Shown: positions 10,063 to 20,646, numbered from the stretch's first letter. The stretch is DNA of 64,000 bases from an uncultured Spirochaetota bacterium (GCA_963745235.1 CAVUXE010000048.1:32001-96000); one strand, 5' to 3'. The notes: generated by a model from the letters alone, not told the origin. Made by a program: numbers and translations.

Positions 10063-11847
10063 ATGATGCTGGAGAAAACGAGGCTGGAGGAACTTTCGCT
10101 GGCTCTTCCCGAGAAGGAAAGGAAAGACCTCCTGGAGCGGATTGCCCGTCGGATGGAGCGCACGGAAGGGGAGGAAGCCTTCCCCGTCGAGCTGAAGGAG
10201 GACGAGCGGGAGAAGATCATCTCCTTTGAAATGAAGGAAGCCGGCGTATGGGTGCGCTTCCTGATATGGCTGCGAACGTTCATCACGGGACGGACCCGGA
10301 AGGAAGTTTTTGTCGATATCCGTCTCCGGCGGCTCAAGTCTCACATTCAATCGGTGAATCCCGGGCTCACCGGGTTCGAGACGAGGGATCTCACGCCGAA
10401 GCTGGCGCGCAGGCTGTTCGAGGTCTACCAGCGCATCCACCCTCTTCTCCCCTTGTATCATGCCCTTGGCTCCGATAAGGCGTTCAAGGGGGAAGCCTTT
10501 TCCTGGCTCGTTGATCGTCGCTATGAGAACGCAAAGAGCAGTCTGGAGCAGTTCGTCGCCGAGGAGGAGATGGAAGAGCTCTTCGCAACCACCGGCCAGA
10601 CGGAAGACATCAGGAAGAGACTATCGGCGCGGCTCAGTGAATACGTGCGTACCATTCCGGAAACGTTCCTGCTTCAGACAGAGGAGAGCGCCAGGCTGCA
10701 CCTCTGCATCGGCAGGCTCGTCTTCTTCCCCTTCGCGGGACTCCTCAGATATTTCAGCTATGTTGTTGCCGATCCGGAAGACCCGGAGAGGGCTCCCGCA
10801 TTCGAGCATGCTCCGGCAATGCTGACCCTGGACCTGCTTGAGAAGCTTTCCATCGTGCTCTCCCAGCTCCTCGGGCTGGCTCCGGACTTTCCCTACGCGG
10901 AGGAGCCGGTAGCCTACTACCTGCTGGTCCGGGCCGGGTTGCGGCCTCGTGAAGAAAAGGACACCGCAAAGATAGAACAGGAGCTCATCCGCGTGCGCGC
11001 GGAAATCCGCTCCCTCACAAGCGAAATCGAGCAGTTCGACCGGACGGTGCCTCTGCTGGACATCGTGCGATATTTCCGATCGGATCCGTGGTTCCAGCTC
11101 GTCTCCGGAACGCCGCAGCTTTACCTGAGAAACCTGTACTTCTCGAACCTCAAGACGCACCTGGCGGAGGAGCTGGAACAAAGGCTCGGAACCGTGAAGG
11201 AAAAGGTGATCGGGAAGAAGATTCAGGATCTGCTCAAGGGAACACGTCTTGTCGGGCTCGCCAACCTGAAGGAAGCCCCCGAAGATGCGCTGCGCAAGGA
11301 AGGGTTGCCGTATCTCACATGCGTTCGGAGCATGACGCTCCTGTACAACTACCTCCAGCAGCAATTCAAGGGTGTGATCCAGGAGGCGGCACAGCTCCTG
11401 GGAGCCACCGCGCTGGCCAACAACCGCATCACCCAGAACCGCCTCACGCTGGCGATATCCAACCTGGAAGACCTCGAAGCCAGGATCATCCTTTTTGACC
11501 GCTCCCTGTCCCCGGATGAGGATGACGGAAAAACGCTCGTCCGCTTCCGCTCAAACCTCGCCACGGACCTGCTGTCACAGAAGGGCTATCGCGCCTTCAT
11601 TATCCAGAAGGACGGGGAGGGGAGGGACCTCATTGAGAAGGCCAGGGAGAACCTGGTGAGCGTGCGCCGGATCTTCGAGGAAGTCCGCTTGAGCACCTTC
11701 GAGACCACCCGGTCAACGCTCAAGACGCTGCACGTGTTCCGCGGCAGGAACCAGACCCTCGGCCAGATCCTCACCTCCCGCTCGGACGCAATCGGGGCTT
11801 TTCTGGCGCTCCTTGATCAGCTGGTCGAAGTGGAAAAGGGCGACTGA
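10063..11847 (+). CDS. Conserved spirochaete helical protein (DUF5312-like)
   Basis: Long intact ORF divergent from flaB; family recalled from Treponema, not searched. Confidence 0.65.
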   Translation: MMLEKTRLEELSLALPEKERKDLLERIARRMERTEGEEAFPVELKEDEREKIISFEMKEAGVWVRFLIWLRTFITGRTRKEVFVDIRLRRLKSHIQSVNPGLTGFETRDLTPKLARRLFEVYQRIHPLLPLYHALGSDKAFKGEAFSWLVDRRYENAKSSLEQFVAEEEMEELFATTGQTEDIRKRLSARLSEYVRTIPETFLLQTEESARLHLCIGRLVFFPFAGLLRYFSYVVADPEDPERAPAFEHAPAMLTLDLLEKLSIVLSQLLGLAPDFPYAEEPVAYYLLVRAGLRPREEKDTAKIEQELIRVRAEIRSLTSEIEQFDRTVPLLDIVRYFRSDPWFQLVSGTPQLYLRNLYFSNLKTHLAEELEQRLGTVKEKVIGKKIQDLLKGTRLVGLANLKEAPEDALRKEGLPYLTCVRSMTLLYNYLQQQFKGVIQEAAQLLGATALANNRITQNRLTLAISNLEDLEARIILFDRSLSPDEDDGKTLVRFRSNLATDLLSQKGYRAFIIQKDGEGRDLIEKARENLVSVRRIFEEVRLSTFETTRSTLKTLHVFRGRNQTLGQILTSRSDAIGAFLALLDQLVEVEKGD

Positions 11848-12347
11848 GCGACCATCTCGCGGAGGCGCCGGGTCGTCTCCCGGGGATCCTCCACCAGCAC
11901 CCTCTTGCCTGCAATCAGGTCCGCGATGCCCGTCTCCCGCGGGTAGCGGGGGATGATATGCAGATGCAGATGATTGATCGATGCTCCCGCCGCGGGGCCC
12001 ATGTTGAAACCGATGTTGTAGGCGTGGGGCGCACTTGCGCGGTCCAGGAGATCCAGCAGGAACCTCTGTAATCCGGCGAGCCTGCTCTCTTCATCCGCCG
12101 TGAGCTCCCGCACGTCCTCCACGTGACGAAGGGGATACACGAGGAGGTGGCCGGGGTTGTAGGGATAAAGGTTCACCGACACGATGAAAAGCTCGTCCCG
12201 CCAGATGCTCAGGTCCACGACGTCAGGGTTGCGGTCCCGTATCATGCAGAGGATGCACCCGGATGGATGCTTCCCCTTGACGTAGGCCATCTTCTCGAAG
12301 TTCAGGAAATAGCCGTGGTCCCCCAAAGCGCTACTCCAGCCCGCCAA
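11817..12347 (-). CDS. HIT family hydrolase
   Basis: CILC, NLYPYNPGHLL, GASINHLHLHIIPR histidine triad; start approximate. Confidence 0.92.
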   Translation of the reverse strand: MAGWSSALGDHGYFLNFEKMAYVKGKHPSGCILCMIRDRNPDVVDLSIWRDELFIVSVNLYPYNPGHLLVYPLRHVEDVRELTADEESRLAGLQRFLLDLLDRASAPHAYNIGFNMGPAAGASINHLHLHIIPRYPRETGIADLIAGKRVLVEDPRETTRRLREMVAQSPFSTSTS

Positions 12348-13227
12348 GCTTGTCCAGGAGATCGAGGGCCTGGAGGTCTTTCGTCGTCAGTTTCTGGCTC
12401 GTCTCGAGGAAGAGAAACTTGATCAGGGCGGGGTACTTCGCAAGGAGCTCGCCGTACCTGGTGAGTATGGCGATGGTGGCTTCCTGCCTCTCAGCGGCCC
12501 TGCGCTGAAGGGCATCTTCGGCAACCTGCTGGGGAGCCTGGAGGGAAAGGGCCTTTTCCCGTTCGTCGATGATTCTCATGTAGGCGGACCGGAGCTTCCG
12601 GTAAAGCTCGGCGTCGGGCATCTTCAGGATCACAGGGGAGATGGACAGAAACTCGAGGCGAGGGAAGCTTTCCTTCAGACCGCTGACCAGTGCGGCAGCG
12701 AAGGAGCTGGGACCCGCGGCGGATTGGCCTGGAGAGTCGTCAGCCTGCGGAGTGACGTTTGCAAGTCCGAGGGCAAGCTCCGAAGCGCGTCTCTGGATCT
12801 CGCTGTTCGTCTGGTCGTACCAGTCCCCGATGTTCTCCTGCCGGAGACCCTCGTTGGCCACCAGCCCGGGCAGCGCGTCCGGACGGATTCTGTAGAGCGC
12901 GGAAAGCTTGATGTCCACGGAGAAGTCCGGCCGCTCCGGCATGAGCGCGGAGTACGCCTCAGCGGAGGGAAGGAGCGAACGGATCTCCGCGTCAGCCCTC
13001 TCCGTGCTCAGGCTGATGCGGTACAGGGTGAGCGCATGCGGCACCAGCCGCTCCCATCTCCACGTGAACCCCGAAGGGCCGATCACGGATTTGCCAAATC
13101 CCCGCGACGTCGTAAAAGGCACCGCCCACGTATCCGGGCCCAGTGAGAGCTGGACCCATCCGGCAAAGAAGCCGACGAGCACAAGCACGAGAAGGACGGC
13201 CGTCGGAATGTACCAGTAATTCCGCAT
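12331..13227 (-). CDS. Membrane-anchored hypothetical protein, SPFH/band-7-like
   Basis: N-terminal TM, PSGFTWRWERLVP, C-terminal coiled coil. Confidence 0.6.
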   Translation of the reverse strand: MRNYWYIPTAVLLVLVLVGFFAGWVQLSLGPDTWAVPFTTSRGFGKSVIGPSGFTWRWERLVPHALTLYRISLSTERADAEIRSLLPSAEAYSALMPERPDFSVDIKLSALYRIRPDALPGLVANEGLRQENIGDWYDQTNSEIQRRASELALGLANVTPQADDSPGQSAAGPSSFAAALVSGLKESFPRLEFLSISPVILKMPDAELYRKLRSAYMRIIDEREKALSLQAPQQVAEDALQRRAAERQEATIAILTRYGELLAKYPALIKFLFLETSQKLTTKDLQALDLLDKLGGLE

Positions 13228-13313
13228 GAATCTTTCGGCGCCGGTCTGCGCTCAACCGAGATTGCGGCGCGCCGCTGGTGTTGCGGCAGGCCTTGAACTA
13301 TAGTGTAACTCGG

Positions 13314-13649
13314 ATGAAAGAATATCCTTTTCTCACACGGCTGTCCAGTTTTACGGGCAGAGCAGTGGTGTTCTTCTTCTTTCTTTCCCTGCTGCTTTTC
13401 TTTTTCTATATCCTGGGCAACTACCAGGACTTCCTCGACTCCACGCAATTGTTCCTTTTGACCCTGCTGCGGCTTGCCCTTTCCCTGGAGCTCGCAAGCG
13501 GCGCGTATCTCGCCATCTTCCTGGTGCGCCGCACTGTTCATGAGCGCCGGGCCTTTGTGCTTCGGTGGATCCTGCTGGCTTTCTCCATGACCGGCTCCGG
13601 CGCTCTCCTGCTCGTTCTCCAGTATATCCGCGCGTGGCTGCGCGCCTGA
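13314..13649 (+). CDS. Small membrane protein (3 TM)
   Basis: Hydrophobic ORF containing GNYQDFLDSTQ. Confidence 0.7.
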   Translation: MKEYPFLTRLSSFTGRAVVFFFFLSLLLFFFYILGNYQDFLDSTQLFLLTLLRLALSLELASGAYLAIFLVRRTVHERRAFVLRWILLAFSMTGSGALLLVLQYIRAWLRA

Positions 13650-13669
13650 AAAACCGCTATACTCCGCGA

Positions 13670-14841
13670 ATGTCTGTCTTCACGGTCGAATCCCCAGCCG
13701 CCATCCATTTCGGTGTTGACACGCTCGACAGGCTCGGCCAGATCGTCGCAAAGGACGGACCGCGCGTTCTTGTCCTCACGGGCGAACGGTGGATGGCATC
13801 TTCCGGCTGGACGCAAAAGCTCCGCCAGCTTCTTTCCGGTCACGAGGTTCAATCTCTCCCCTGCCCGCACGGCGAGCCGTCCACCGAGTCACTTGCATCA
13901 TGCGCGGAGGCCGCGCACCCGTTTTCTCCGACGGTGATCGTTGCCATCGGCGGCGGATCCGTCCTGGACACGGCGAAGGCGCTGTCAGCTCTTCTGCGCC
14001 ACGGCGGACCGGTTTCGAGATATCTCGAAGGCGTGCCGGGCTCCGTGGCGGTGCCGGGCCCGGGCGTTCCCTGGGTCGCGGTGCCGACAACCGCCGGTAC
14101 GGGAGCCGAGGTGACGAAGAACGCGGTCATACGGGCAACTGACCTAGGCGTCAAGCGAAGCATGCGCTCGCCGCACCTGCTCGCGCGGGCGGTGGTCGTT
14201 GATCCGCGGCTGACCCTGACTCTCCCCCCCCGGTGACCGGTATCTCGGGGCTGGACGCTTTGACGCAGCTGGTGGAGGCGTACGTCACCCCGAAGTCAAA
14301 CCCTTTTGTCCGGTCGCTGATCGAAGGCGCGTTCGGGCCCATGATCGCCTCCCTTGAGCGTTTGAGCTCGGACCCGGCGGACATCGACATGCGCTGCGCT
14401 GCAAGCTATGGGGCGCTCGTCAGCGGGCTTGCGCTGGCCAACGCCGGGCTGGGCGCCGCTCACGGCTTTGCCGCCGCGTTGGGCGGGATGTTCGAGGTGC
14501 CCCACGGTCTTGCCTGCGCGGTTTCGCTTCCGCTCGTGCTGGAGGCCAACGCGGAGGTGACAGGGGAACTGGTTGCACAGCTCGCCGTTCGCGCTCACGC
14601 TGGCGGAAGCTCCACCGCACATCCAGTCCAGTGGCTTGCCGACAAGGTGAGGGAGATCCTGCGGGCATTCGGTTTGCCGCAAGACCTGCGGGAATACCAC
14701 ATTCCTGCCGAAAGGATCAGTGAGATCGCGGAGAAGTCCTCGGGATCCAGCATGAGCGGCAACCCGCGACAGCTCGGCCTGGCGGAGCGGGAGAAGCTCC
14801 TCGCAAGGATCGTCTGCGGCGAAACGGAGAACGAGGGATAA
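13670..14841 (+). CDS. Iron-containing alcohol dehydrogenase (frameshift in C-run 14224-14231)
   Basis: AIGGGSVLDTAK, VPTTAGTGAEVT, DALTQLVEAY, ANAGLGAAHG, PHGLAC. Confidence 0.92.
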
Positions 14842-15209
14842 TGACCAGGGCGGTCCGGGGTGCCATCCAGGTGAGCCGCAACGAGCGGCGCGCAATCCAC
14901 GAGGCAGCGTTGCGGCTCATCGATGAGCTCCTGAAGAAGAACCAGGTTCGCGGACGGGACATCATCAGCATACTTTTCTCCCTGACGACCGACCTGGACG
15001 CGGGAAACCCGGCGACCGGCCTGCGCGAGGGCGGGTTTCTGGAGACGCCGCTTTTCTGCGTTCAGGAGGCGAAAGTCGAGGGCGGGATGGAGCGAGTCAT
15101 TCGGGCCCTTGTCACGTTCGAGGGAAAGAGGCGTCGGAAGGCAATTGCGATCTACCTGGACGGCGCCGAGGCGCTTCGTCCCGACATCGCCCCGGGGAGA
15201 TCTCCGTGA
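14841..15209 (+). CDS. aroH: Chorismate mutase, AroH class
   Basis: RAVRGA, FSLTTDLDA.NPA, CVQE, VIR, YLDGAEALRPD. Confidence 0.92.
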   Translation: MTRAVRGAIQVSRNERRAIHEAALRLIDELLKKNQVRGRDIISILFSLTTDLDAGNPATGLREGGFLETPLFCVQEAKVEGGMERVIRALVTFEGKRRRKAIAIYLDGAEALRPDIAPGRSP

Positions 15210-16777
15210 AGCTTCCCGGCAGCGTGTGGCACGTGGCGCGGGAGTACGCCGGGCTGGCTGAGGCGGGCGGTGTGAAAGACGTGGTTCGGGGACTGGCCGA
15301 CGCCCTGGTCCGACGAGGCGTTTCAACCACGGTCGTCATACCGCTCTACGGTTTCCTGGCGCCTCTGGTGGAGAAGAGGAGACCGGTTACCTCGTTCACG
15401 ATGTTGCTGCCGGACCAGGACAAGGCAAACGAGCTTTTCGAAGAGCGCGTGCGGATCTCCCAGTCGGAGATGCAGGGCGTGAGGCTTCTTCTGGTAGAGT
15501 CGCCCCGCTTTTCCTCGCTGCGCGACGTGTATACATACACAGCCCAGGACGAGGCGGAGAACGAATGGCGAAAGAAGGGGACGGGCCATTGGGATTCCCA
15601 TCAGCTGAACCTGTTGCTTCAACGCGCGGCGCTGGAGGCCGCGGCCGGGCTTGGCGAAGCTCAGGTGCTGTTTCACTGTCATGACGGCCATACCGCGTTT
15701 CTTCCTGCACTCATGAGGGAATCTCCTGCATTTGCGGAGGCGTTCAGGCTCTCTGCTTCCGTTGTGACAATCCATAACGCGGGCAAGGGCTATCACCAGG
15801 AAGTGTGGTCCCCCGAGTTTGCGGCCCTGCTGACAGGACTGCCACCGTCGGTGCTGGAGAAGGGGATGCTGGGGGGCACCGTGGATCCGCTGCTCCTGGC
15901 CGGTTCCTACTCCCTGCTTTGCACCGTGTCAGAGCAGTACGCGCGGGAGTTGCTTGCGGAAAAAGAAGACGAGGTGAGCGGAGGCCTCGGCAGGGCCTGC
16001 CGGGAGCGCGGCATCCCGCTTGCCGGAATCACGAATGGAATAGATCCCACCCCCTGGGATCCGCGTTTCCCTGAGCGGTCGGCGCTCGGCGTGAGGTTCG
16101 ACCCGTCAACCGGTGACCTTGCGGGCAAGAGGGAGTGTCGCAAGACCCTGGCAGAGCGCCTCAACATCCCCCGGGGACCGGCGGAAGACCGGCTTCCCTT
16201 GTACGCTTTCGTCGGAAGGCTGACCGAGCAGAAAGGCGTCGACATCCTGTTCAGCTCGATCAAGGAAATCCTTTTCCATGAAGACAGCCCGCTCTTCGTC
16301 GTCCTGGGGTCCGGGGAAAAGCAGAGAGAGGACGTGTTTGCGCAGCTTGCAGTGCAGCCGCAAACGCGGGGGAGGCTCTGCTTCGTTCCGCGCTACGACC
16401 CGGCGCTGGCAAAGCTCATTTACGCTGCAAGCGACTTCTTTCTCATACCGTCCCTGTATGAGCCATGCGGGCTCACCGACTTCATCTCCCAGGTCCTCGG
16501 AAGCATACCCATTGCGCATCACGTCGGCGGCCTGGTGAAGGTGAGGGATGGTAAGACCGGATTCTCGTATGATGAGCAGTCCCCCGTGGCCCTTTCCGCC
16601 GTACTGAAGAGGACGACAGGCATGTTCGTCTCTGATCCGTCCGCGTTGGAGGCCATCCGGAGGCGGGCCTTCTCTGAGATATTCTCCGCGCACACCTGGG
16701 ACAAGGTTCTGGAGGAAGGCTACCTTCCTCTCTACGCCAAGGCATTCGAGGAGGCAACCCGGTGGACGCGGAAGTAA
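15206..16777 (+). CDS. glgA: Glycogen synthase
   Basis: GGVKDV, HCHDGHT, TIHN, GITNGID, GRLTEQKGVD, PSLYEPCGL. Confidence 0.9.
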   Translation: MKLPGSVWHVAREYAGLAEAGGVKDVVRGLADALVRRGVSTTVVIPLYGFLAPLVEKRRPVTSFTMLLPDQDKANELFEERVRISQSEMQGVRLLLVESPRFSSLRDVYTYTAQDEAENEWRKKGTGHWDSHQLNLLLQRAALEAAAGLGEAQVLFHCHDGHTAFLPALMRESPAFAEAFRLSASVVTIHNAGKGYHQEVWSPEFAALLTGLPPSVLEKGMLGGTVDPLLLAGSYSLLCTVSEQYARELLAEKEDEVSGGLGRACRERGIPLAGITNGIDPTPWDPRFPERSALGVRFDPSTGDLAGKRECRKTLAERLNIPRGPAEDRLPLYAFVGRLTEQKGVDILFSSIKEILFHEDSPLFVVLGSGEKQREDVFAQLAVQPQTRGRLCFVPRYDPALAKLIYAASDFFLIPSLYEPCGLTDFISQVLGSIPIAHHVGGLVKVRDGKTGFSYDEQSPVALSAVLKRTTGMFVSDPSALEAIRRRAFSEIFSAHTWDKVLEEGYLPLYAKAFEEATRWTRK

Positions 16778-17577
16778 GCCTGAAGACGTCCATCGACGTT
16801 GCTCGGATCCGCCGGGCGTGTCGTGTTGCGGAAGACTGCATGCGGTTTCTTTCCGGGCAGATCCATCCGGGTGCGACCACCGAAGATCTGGACCGCCAGG
16901 CAGCCCGCTTCCTGAACAAGCACAGCGCGGCTTCCGCTCTTCGCGGGTACCGGGGTTTTCCCGGGTGCATCTGCACTTCGGTGAACAATGTCGCCGCCCA
17001 CGGTATTCCTTCAAACAGAACGGTCGAAGAGGGAGATCTGATCTCACTCGACATCACGGTGAACCTGGACGGCTGGTTTGGGGATACGGCCTGGAGCTTC
17101 ATCGTCGGAAAAGGGGGCCCGGACAGCCGGCGGCTGCTGCGAGCTGCCTGGCGGGCAACACTTGCGGGAATACGGGCTGCCCGGGCGGGAAACCGCATTG
17201 GCGACATAGGGGCCGCCATTCAGAAAACGGCCCGGGCGTTCGGATGCTCGGTCATTGAAGACTACGTGGGCCACGGGATTGGCAGGGCCATGCACGAGGA
17301 CCCCCTGGTGCTCAACTTCGGTGCCGCGGACACGGGGATGAGGATCGTGCCCGGAATGGTTTTCACGGTCGAGCCGATGCTGAACCTTGGCGGCCGGGAG
17401 GTCCACGTCACGGAGGATGGCTGGACCCTGGTTACAAGCGATGGGAGCCTCTCCGCGCAGTTCGAGCACACTGTCGCGGTGTTCCGCGACTACACTGAAG
17501 TGCTCACCTATTCACGGGGCGACATCTTCGAGTCCGGCGACTTTCCCCCATCATTCACGGATTCCGCCCCGCGTTGA
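16762..17577 (+). CDS. map: Methionine aminopeptidase type I
   Basis: CTSVNN.AAHGIP, D......GWFGD, GHGIG..MHEDP, TVEPM, SAQFEHT. Confidence 0.95.
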   Translation: MDAEVSLKTSIDVARIRRACRVAEDCMRFLSGQIHPGATTEDLDRQAARFLNKHSAASALRGYRGFPGCICTSVNNVAAHGIPSNRTVEEGDLISLDITVNLDGWFGDTAWSFIVGKGGPDSRRLLRAAWRATLAGIRAARAGNRIGDIGAAIQKTARAFGCSVIEDYVGHGIGRAMHEDPLVLNFGAADTGMRIVPGMVFTVEPMLNLGGREVHVTEDGWTLVTSDGSLSAQFEHTVAVFRDYTEVLTYSRGDIFESGDFPPSFTDSAPR

Positions 17578-17648
17578 GGTTGGGGGAAAGCACCTGACGG
17601 CCCGATATTCCCAGCACGGGCTGATGACAACAGGCTGATGAAAGCGGC

Positions 17649-17677
17649 TTGACAGTGAAAAGTGCGCGTTATAGGTT
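17649..17677 (+). promoter_or_regulatory. Sigma70 promoter of tRNA-Thr
   Basis: TTGACA-N17-TAGGTT. Confidence 0.7.
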
Positions 17678-17691
17678 TTTTCGGAATTGTC

Positions 17692-17764
17692 GCCACCTTA
17701 GCTCAACTGGCAGAGCACGTGATTTGTAATCTCGAGGTTCTCGGTTCAAGTCCGAGAGGTGGCT
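17692..17764 (+). tRNA. tRNA-Thr(UGU)
   Basis: GCCACCT/AGGTGGC acceptor stem, TT-TGT-AA anticodon loop, GGTTCAAGTCC T-arm; no encoded CCA. Confidence 0.95.
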
Positions 17765-18083
17765 TACAGACGAAGTTCGCGGCGCTCTGCCTCACCATGG
17801 CGACAACGCCCGTCCAGTCACGCAGGGCCAACGGGGAGTCCTTGCCGTGGCCCGCCGTCTCGATACGTCCTGAGGCCTCCGCCTGTGGGACTTGGTCGAT
17901 AAGGGGTCTACGGCCTTCCCCCGGGCCCTGGCACGCTCTTGGATCGCTTACAATGAGCATTTTGGATCGAGGGCGTCCAAAAATACACAAGCACTGGCAT
18001 CGCAGCGGCAAAGTCTGCGCTGGAGACCGTGACCGTTCAGTCGCTTGTTTGATCCTACGGACTCAGGGATTCAAAACTTTGAT

Positions 18084-18112
18084 TTGACTGCTCCGCGGCC
18101 GGCATTTAGATT
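18084..18112 (+). promoter_or_regulatory. Sigma70 promoter inside the islet
   Basis: TTGACT-N17-TAGATT upstream of ORF 18133. Confidence 0.55.
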
Positions 18113-18132
18113 CACTGTAGCATCATACGGGG

Positions 18133-18516
18133 GTGAAGAGCATGGGCAGTAAATACCCTTTTCCATTGCTCTGTGTTGTGCTGCTCGCCTCCAATATTCC
18201 GCTATGGGCCAATCCGCTTATGACTGACCGACGGGACGGTGACAAGCGCAGCCCGATCGATCTTTCTACGGGAAGCCCAGAGCCAAGCATCCAAAACGGT
18301 GACAGTAGCCTCTTCGCCCCGAGTCAGTGGAGCGCTCCTCATTCAAAAAACACGTCGCCCATTGATTCGTCCAACGGCTTTACTCTTGGAAAGTTTCCGC
18401 TGTTCTCGACCCGTTTGATACGCAACGCTCTGCCGGTGGAAATAGCGGTCCTCTTCGAAGGCTGCTCTGACGGACCCGCTTGCCTGGTTGAAGCCGGCCT
18501 AATGTTGAGGTTTTGA
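18133..18516 (+). CDS. Hypothetical exported protein or gene remnant
   Basis: Signal-peptide-like N-terminus behind a promoter; no recognisable domain. Confidence 0.35.
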   Translation: MKSMGSKYPFPLLCVVLLASNIPLWANPLMTDRRDGDKRSPIDLSTGSPEPSIQNGDSSLFAPSQWSAPHSKNTSPIDSSNGFTLGKFPLFSTRLIRNALPVEIAVLFEGCSDGPACLVEAGLMLRF

Positions 18517-18581
18517 CGTTTGCGGGTACATCAAGACGCCTGTGCAGGGCAAAGAACCACAGGGGAAGGGAGAGAACACCG

Positions 18582-19133
18582 GTGAGACAGCGAATAGTCA
18601 TTGCTGTAGCTCTCGCGGTCCTTATGGCGGCCTCTGCATATGCACAGACAAATTTCTTTTTGCTGGTAGAAACTGGAACACCGCAGCAGATACAGGCTGC
18701 TATCGACGCTGGCGCGGACGTAAATGCTGCGAACGCGTTCGGTTCGGCCCCTCTGCTGCTCGCTGCCAAGTACAACCATAATCCTCTTGCCCTTACCGTT
18801 CTCTTGAATGCAGGCGCGGACGTCAACGCTCGCAGCAACTTCAACAATACGCCCCTGTTAGTCGCCGCCCAGTTCAACACGAACCCTGAGGTGATAACCA
18901 CACTCTTGAAGGCCGGCGCTGACCTGAGGGCCCGGGGCAGGGACGGCATGACCCCTCTCATGTTTGCCGCTGGAGGCACCTTTAACCCCGAAGTAGTGCT
19001 GGTGCTCCTGAAGGCTGGTGCAAACGCGAAGGGGAAAGACATGAATGGGAAAACAGCGCTTGACTACGCACAAGAGAATCCGAGCTTGAAAGGCACCGAT
19101 GCCTATCGGCAGCTTCAGGAAGCGTCACAGTAA
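18582..19133 (+). CDS. Secreted ankyrin-repeat protein
   Basis: Signal peptide (ASAYA|Q); GADVNA..G.APLLLAA, TPLLVAA, GMTPLMFAA, GKTALDYA. Confidence 0.92.
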   Translation: MRQRIVIAVALAVLMAASAYAQTNFFLLVETGTPQQIQAAIDAGADVNAANAFGSAPLLLAAKYNHNPLALTVLLNAGADVNARSNFNNTPLLVAAQFNTNPEVITTLLKAGADLRARGRDGMTPLMFAAGGTFNPEVVLVLLKAGANAKGKDMNGKTALDYAQENPSLKGTDAYRQLQEASQ

Positions 19134-19249
19134 GCCAGGCAAGGACCGGGTTGCAGGGCTCGCCGATTATTGCGCCGCCGGCCCTGCAGGTGGTTGCGAG
19201 AGTGGATTGTAGAGTATCGCAGAGTGTCGTCGAACATGTGTTCGTCGTC

Positions 19250-19268
19250 TCAACTCCGAGAGGTGGCT
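19250..19268 (+). repeat. attR-like direct repeat of tRNA-Thr 3' end
   Basis: 18/19 identical to 17746-17764, with the last 14 nt exact. Confidence 0.85.
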
Positions 19269-19271
19269 GAC

Positions 19272-19944
19272 TCACCCCATGGCAGCCTGGTTGAGGTAGT
19301 CGATGAAGGGCTTCATCGCCTTGAGGCTCTCCAGCACAAGAGCCGGAAACTCCGGGGAGGCAACGGTCTTGTCATCGAACCTCTCCATTACGCATACCTG
19401 CTTGTAGCGGAGCAGCTCGATCTCAGGATGATCGCTCGGGTACCCCTGGGGAGCGGTCTTCACCTTCTCTCCGGTCAGCTCCTGGAAATGCCGCTTGAAC
19501 TGCACGCTGCTGAGGATCTTCTTGAATGGGCCGGCACCGGCGTCCATGGCCTGCCTGAATGCAGACAGCTGCTGCGGGGTCGGTTCCCAGAGGCCGCCAG
19601 CAGCCATCGACTTTCCATCTGGTTGCAGGTGCAGGTGATACCCGATTCTGCCGGATTTCCTTCCTCCGGGAACTATTCCTGCGCCCAGGCCGGTCTTGTA
19701 CGGGCTCTTGTCCTTGGAGAAACGGACATCGCGATAGATCCGCATCATGCAATCCTTCGGAGTCACTCCGTCAAGGTCCACCACCTTGCCCAAGCCGGGC
19801 AATGAGCTGGCCCACCAGCACCTCGAACTGATTCATGGCCTGCTCGTACTGCTCCCTGTTTGCCTCGAACCACTGCTTGTTGTTGTTTTTCCCGAGCCCC
19901 GAGAGGAACTGAAGGGCAGAGCGAAGACCGGGATCTTTCGTCAT
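19272..19944 (-). CDS. DUF2461 (TIGR02453) family protein (frameshift ~19800)
   Basis: FL..L..NNNKQWFEANR..Y; RIYRDVRFSKDKSPYK; K.KTAPQGY..DHP.IELLR.K. Confidence 0.88.
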
Positions 19945-20100
19945 TGGTTGCCTCCGTTCGTCAAGGTCTATAGTACAAACACGTCCGTCCGATCGACCAT
20001 GAGCCGGCACCGGGCCCGCACGGGCGGTAGCTGGCCGGCACAAGGCCCTTGACAGAAGCGGATGATTTCTCATATGACCATGTGACAAGTCCATGGGTTG

Positions 20101-20182
20101 GGGGAGATTCCCGAGTGGTCAAAGGGGGCAGACTGTAAATCTGTTGGCTACGCCTTCGAAGGTTCGAATCCTTCTCTCCCCA
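20101..20182 (+). tRNA. tRNA-Tyr(GUA)
   Basis: GGGGAGA/TCTCCCC acceptor stem, GCAGA-CTGTAAA-TCTGT anticodon arm, long variable arm, GGTTCGAATCC; TTGACA at 20049 upstream. Confidence 0.96.
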
Positions 20183-20198
20183 ATTCCTACAGCACACC

Positions 20199-20642
20199 AT
20201 GCGGGAACCTTTCTACAGTGACGGCTTGCGCTTCGGATGCACCCGGTGCTCGAAGTGCTGCCGACATACCCCGGGCTACGTTTTTCTTTCGGAGGCTGAC
20301 ATCGAACCCCTCCTTCGGGCGCTGTCAGTGCCGCGGCAGACCTTTCTGCAGGGATATTGCCGTCGGGTTCGCTTCGGTCCTGTGCAGAGACTCAGTCTCA
20401 AGGAGAGACCGAATGTGGACTGCATCCTGTGGGAGGACGGGGGATGCTCGGTGTACGAGGCGCGGCCTCTGCAGTGCCGCAGCTTTCCGTTCTGGAGCTC
20501 CTGCCTCTCCTCAATGGAAGAGTGGCAATTCCATGGGCGCCAATGCCCGGGGATCGGAACGGGCCCGCTGCACTCCCGCAAAGAGATCGAGGGCTGGCTT
20601 GCGCAGCGGATCAGTGAGCCGTTCATTGAGGTGGGGGGCTGA
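20199..20642 (+). CDS. YkgJ/CxxCxxCC cysteine cluster protein
   Basis: CTRCSKCC, DCI, GCSVYEARPLQCRSFPFW, CPGIG. Confidence 0.9.
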   Translation: MREPFYSDGLRFGCTRCSKCCRHTPGYVFLSEADIEPLLRALSVPRQTFLQGYCRRVRFGPVQRLSLKERPNVDCILWEDGGCSVYEARPLQCRSFPFWSSCLSSMEEWQFHGRQCPGIGTGPLHSRKEIEGWLAQRISEPFIEVGG

Positions 20643-20646
20643 ATGG

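Larger units (their letters stand above)
17765..19268. mobile_element. Genomic islet integrated at the tRNA-Thr 3' end
   Basis: tRNA 3' end TCAAGTCCGAGAGGTGGCT (17746-17764) recurs as TCAACTCCGAGAGGTGGCT (19250-19268); visibly lower GC; no intact integrase. Confidence 0.8.

Noticed and set aside
14224-14231. C8 tract as a phase-variation switch in the ADH gene
   Set aside because: Indistinguishable from the window-wide homopolymer errors, and a cytoplasmic enzyme is an atypical target.
17718-17734. U-U mismatch in the tRNA-Thr anticodon stem
   Set aside because: A single mismatch is tolerated or could be a base error; the rest of the cloverleaf is canonical.
17765-18011. Integrase remnant (DSPLALRD on the minus strand resembles Xer-type PLGLRD)
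   Set aside because: Only a few residues match; no catalytic R/HxxR/Y motifs follow.
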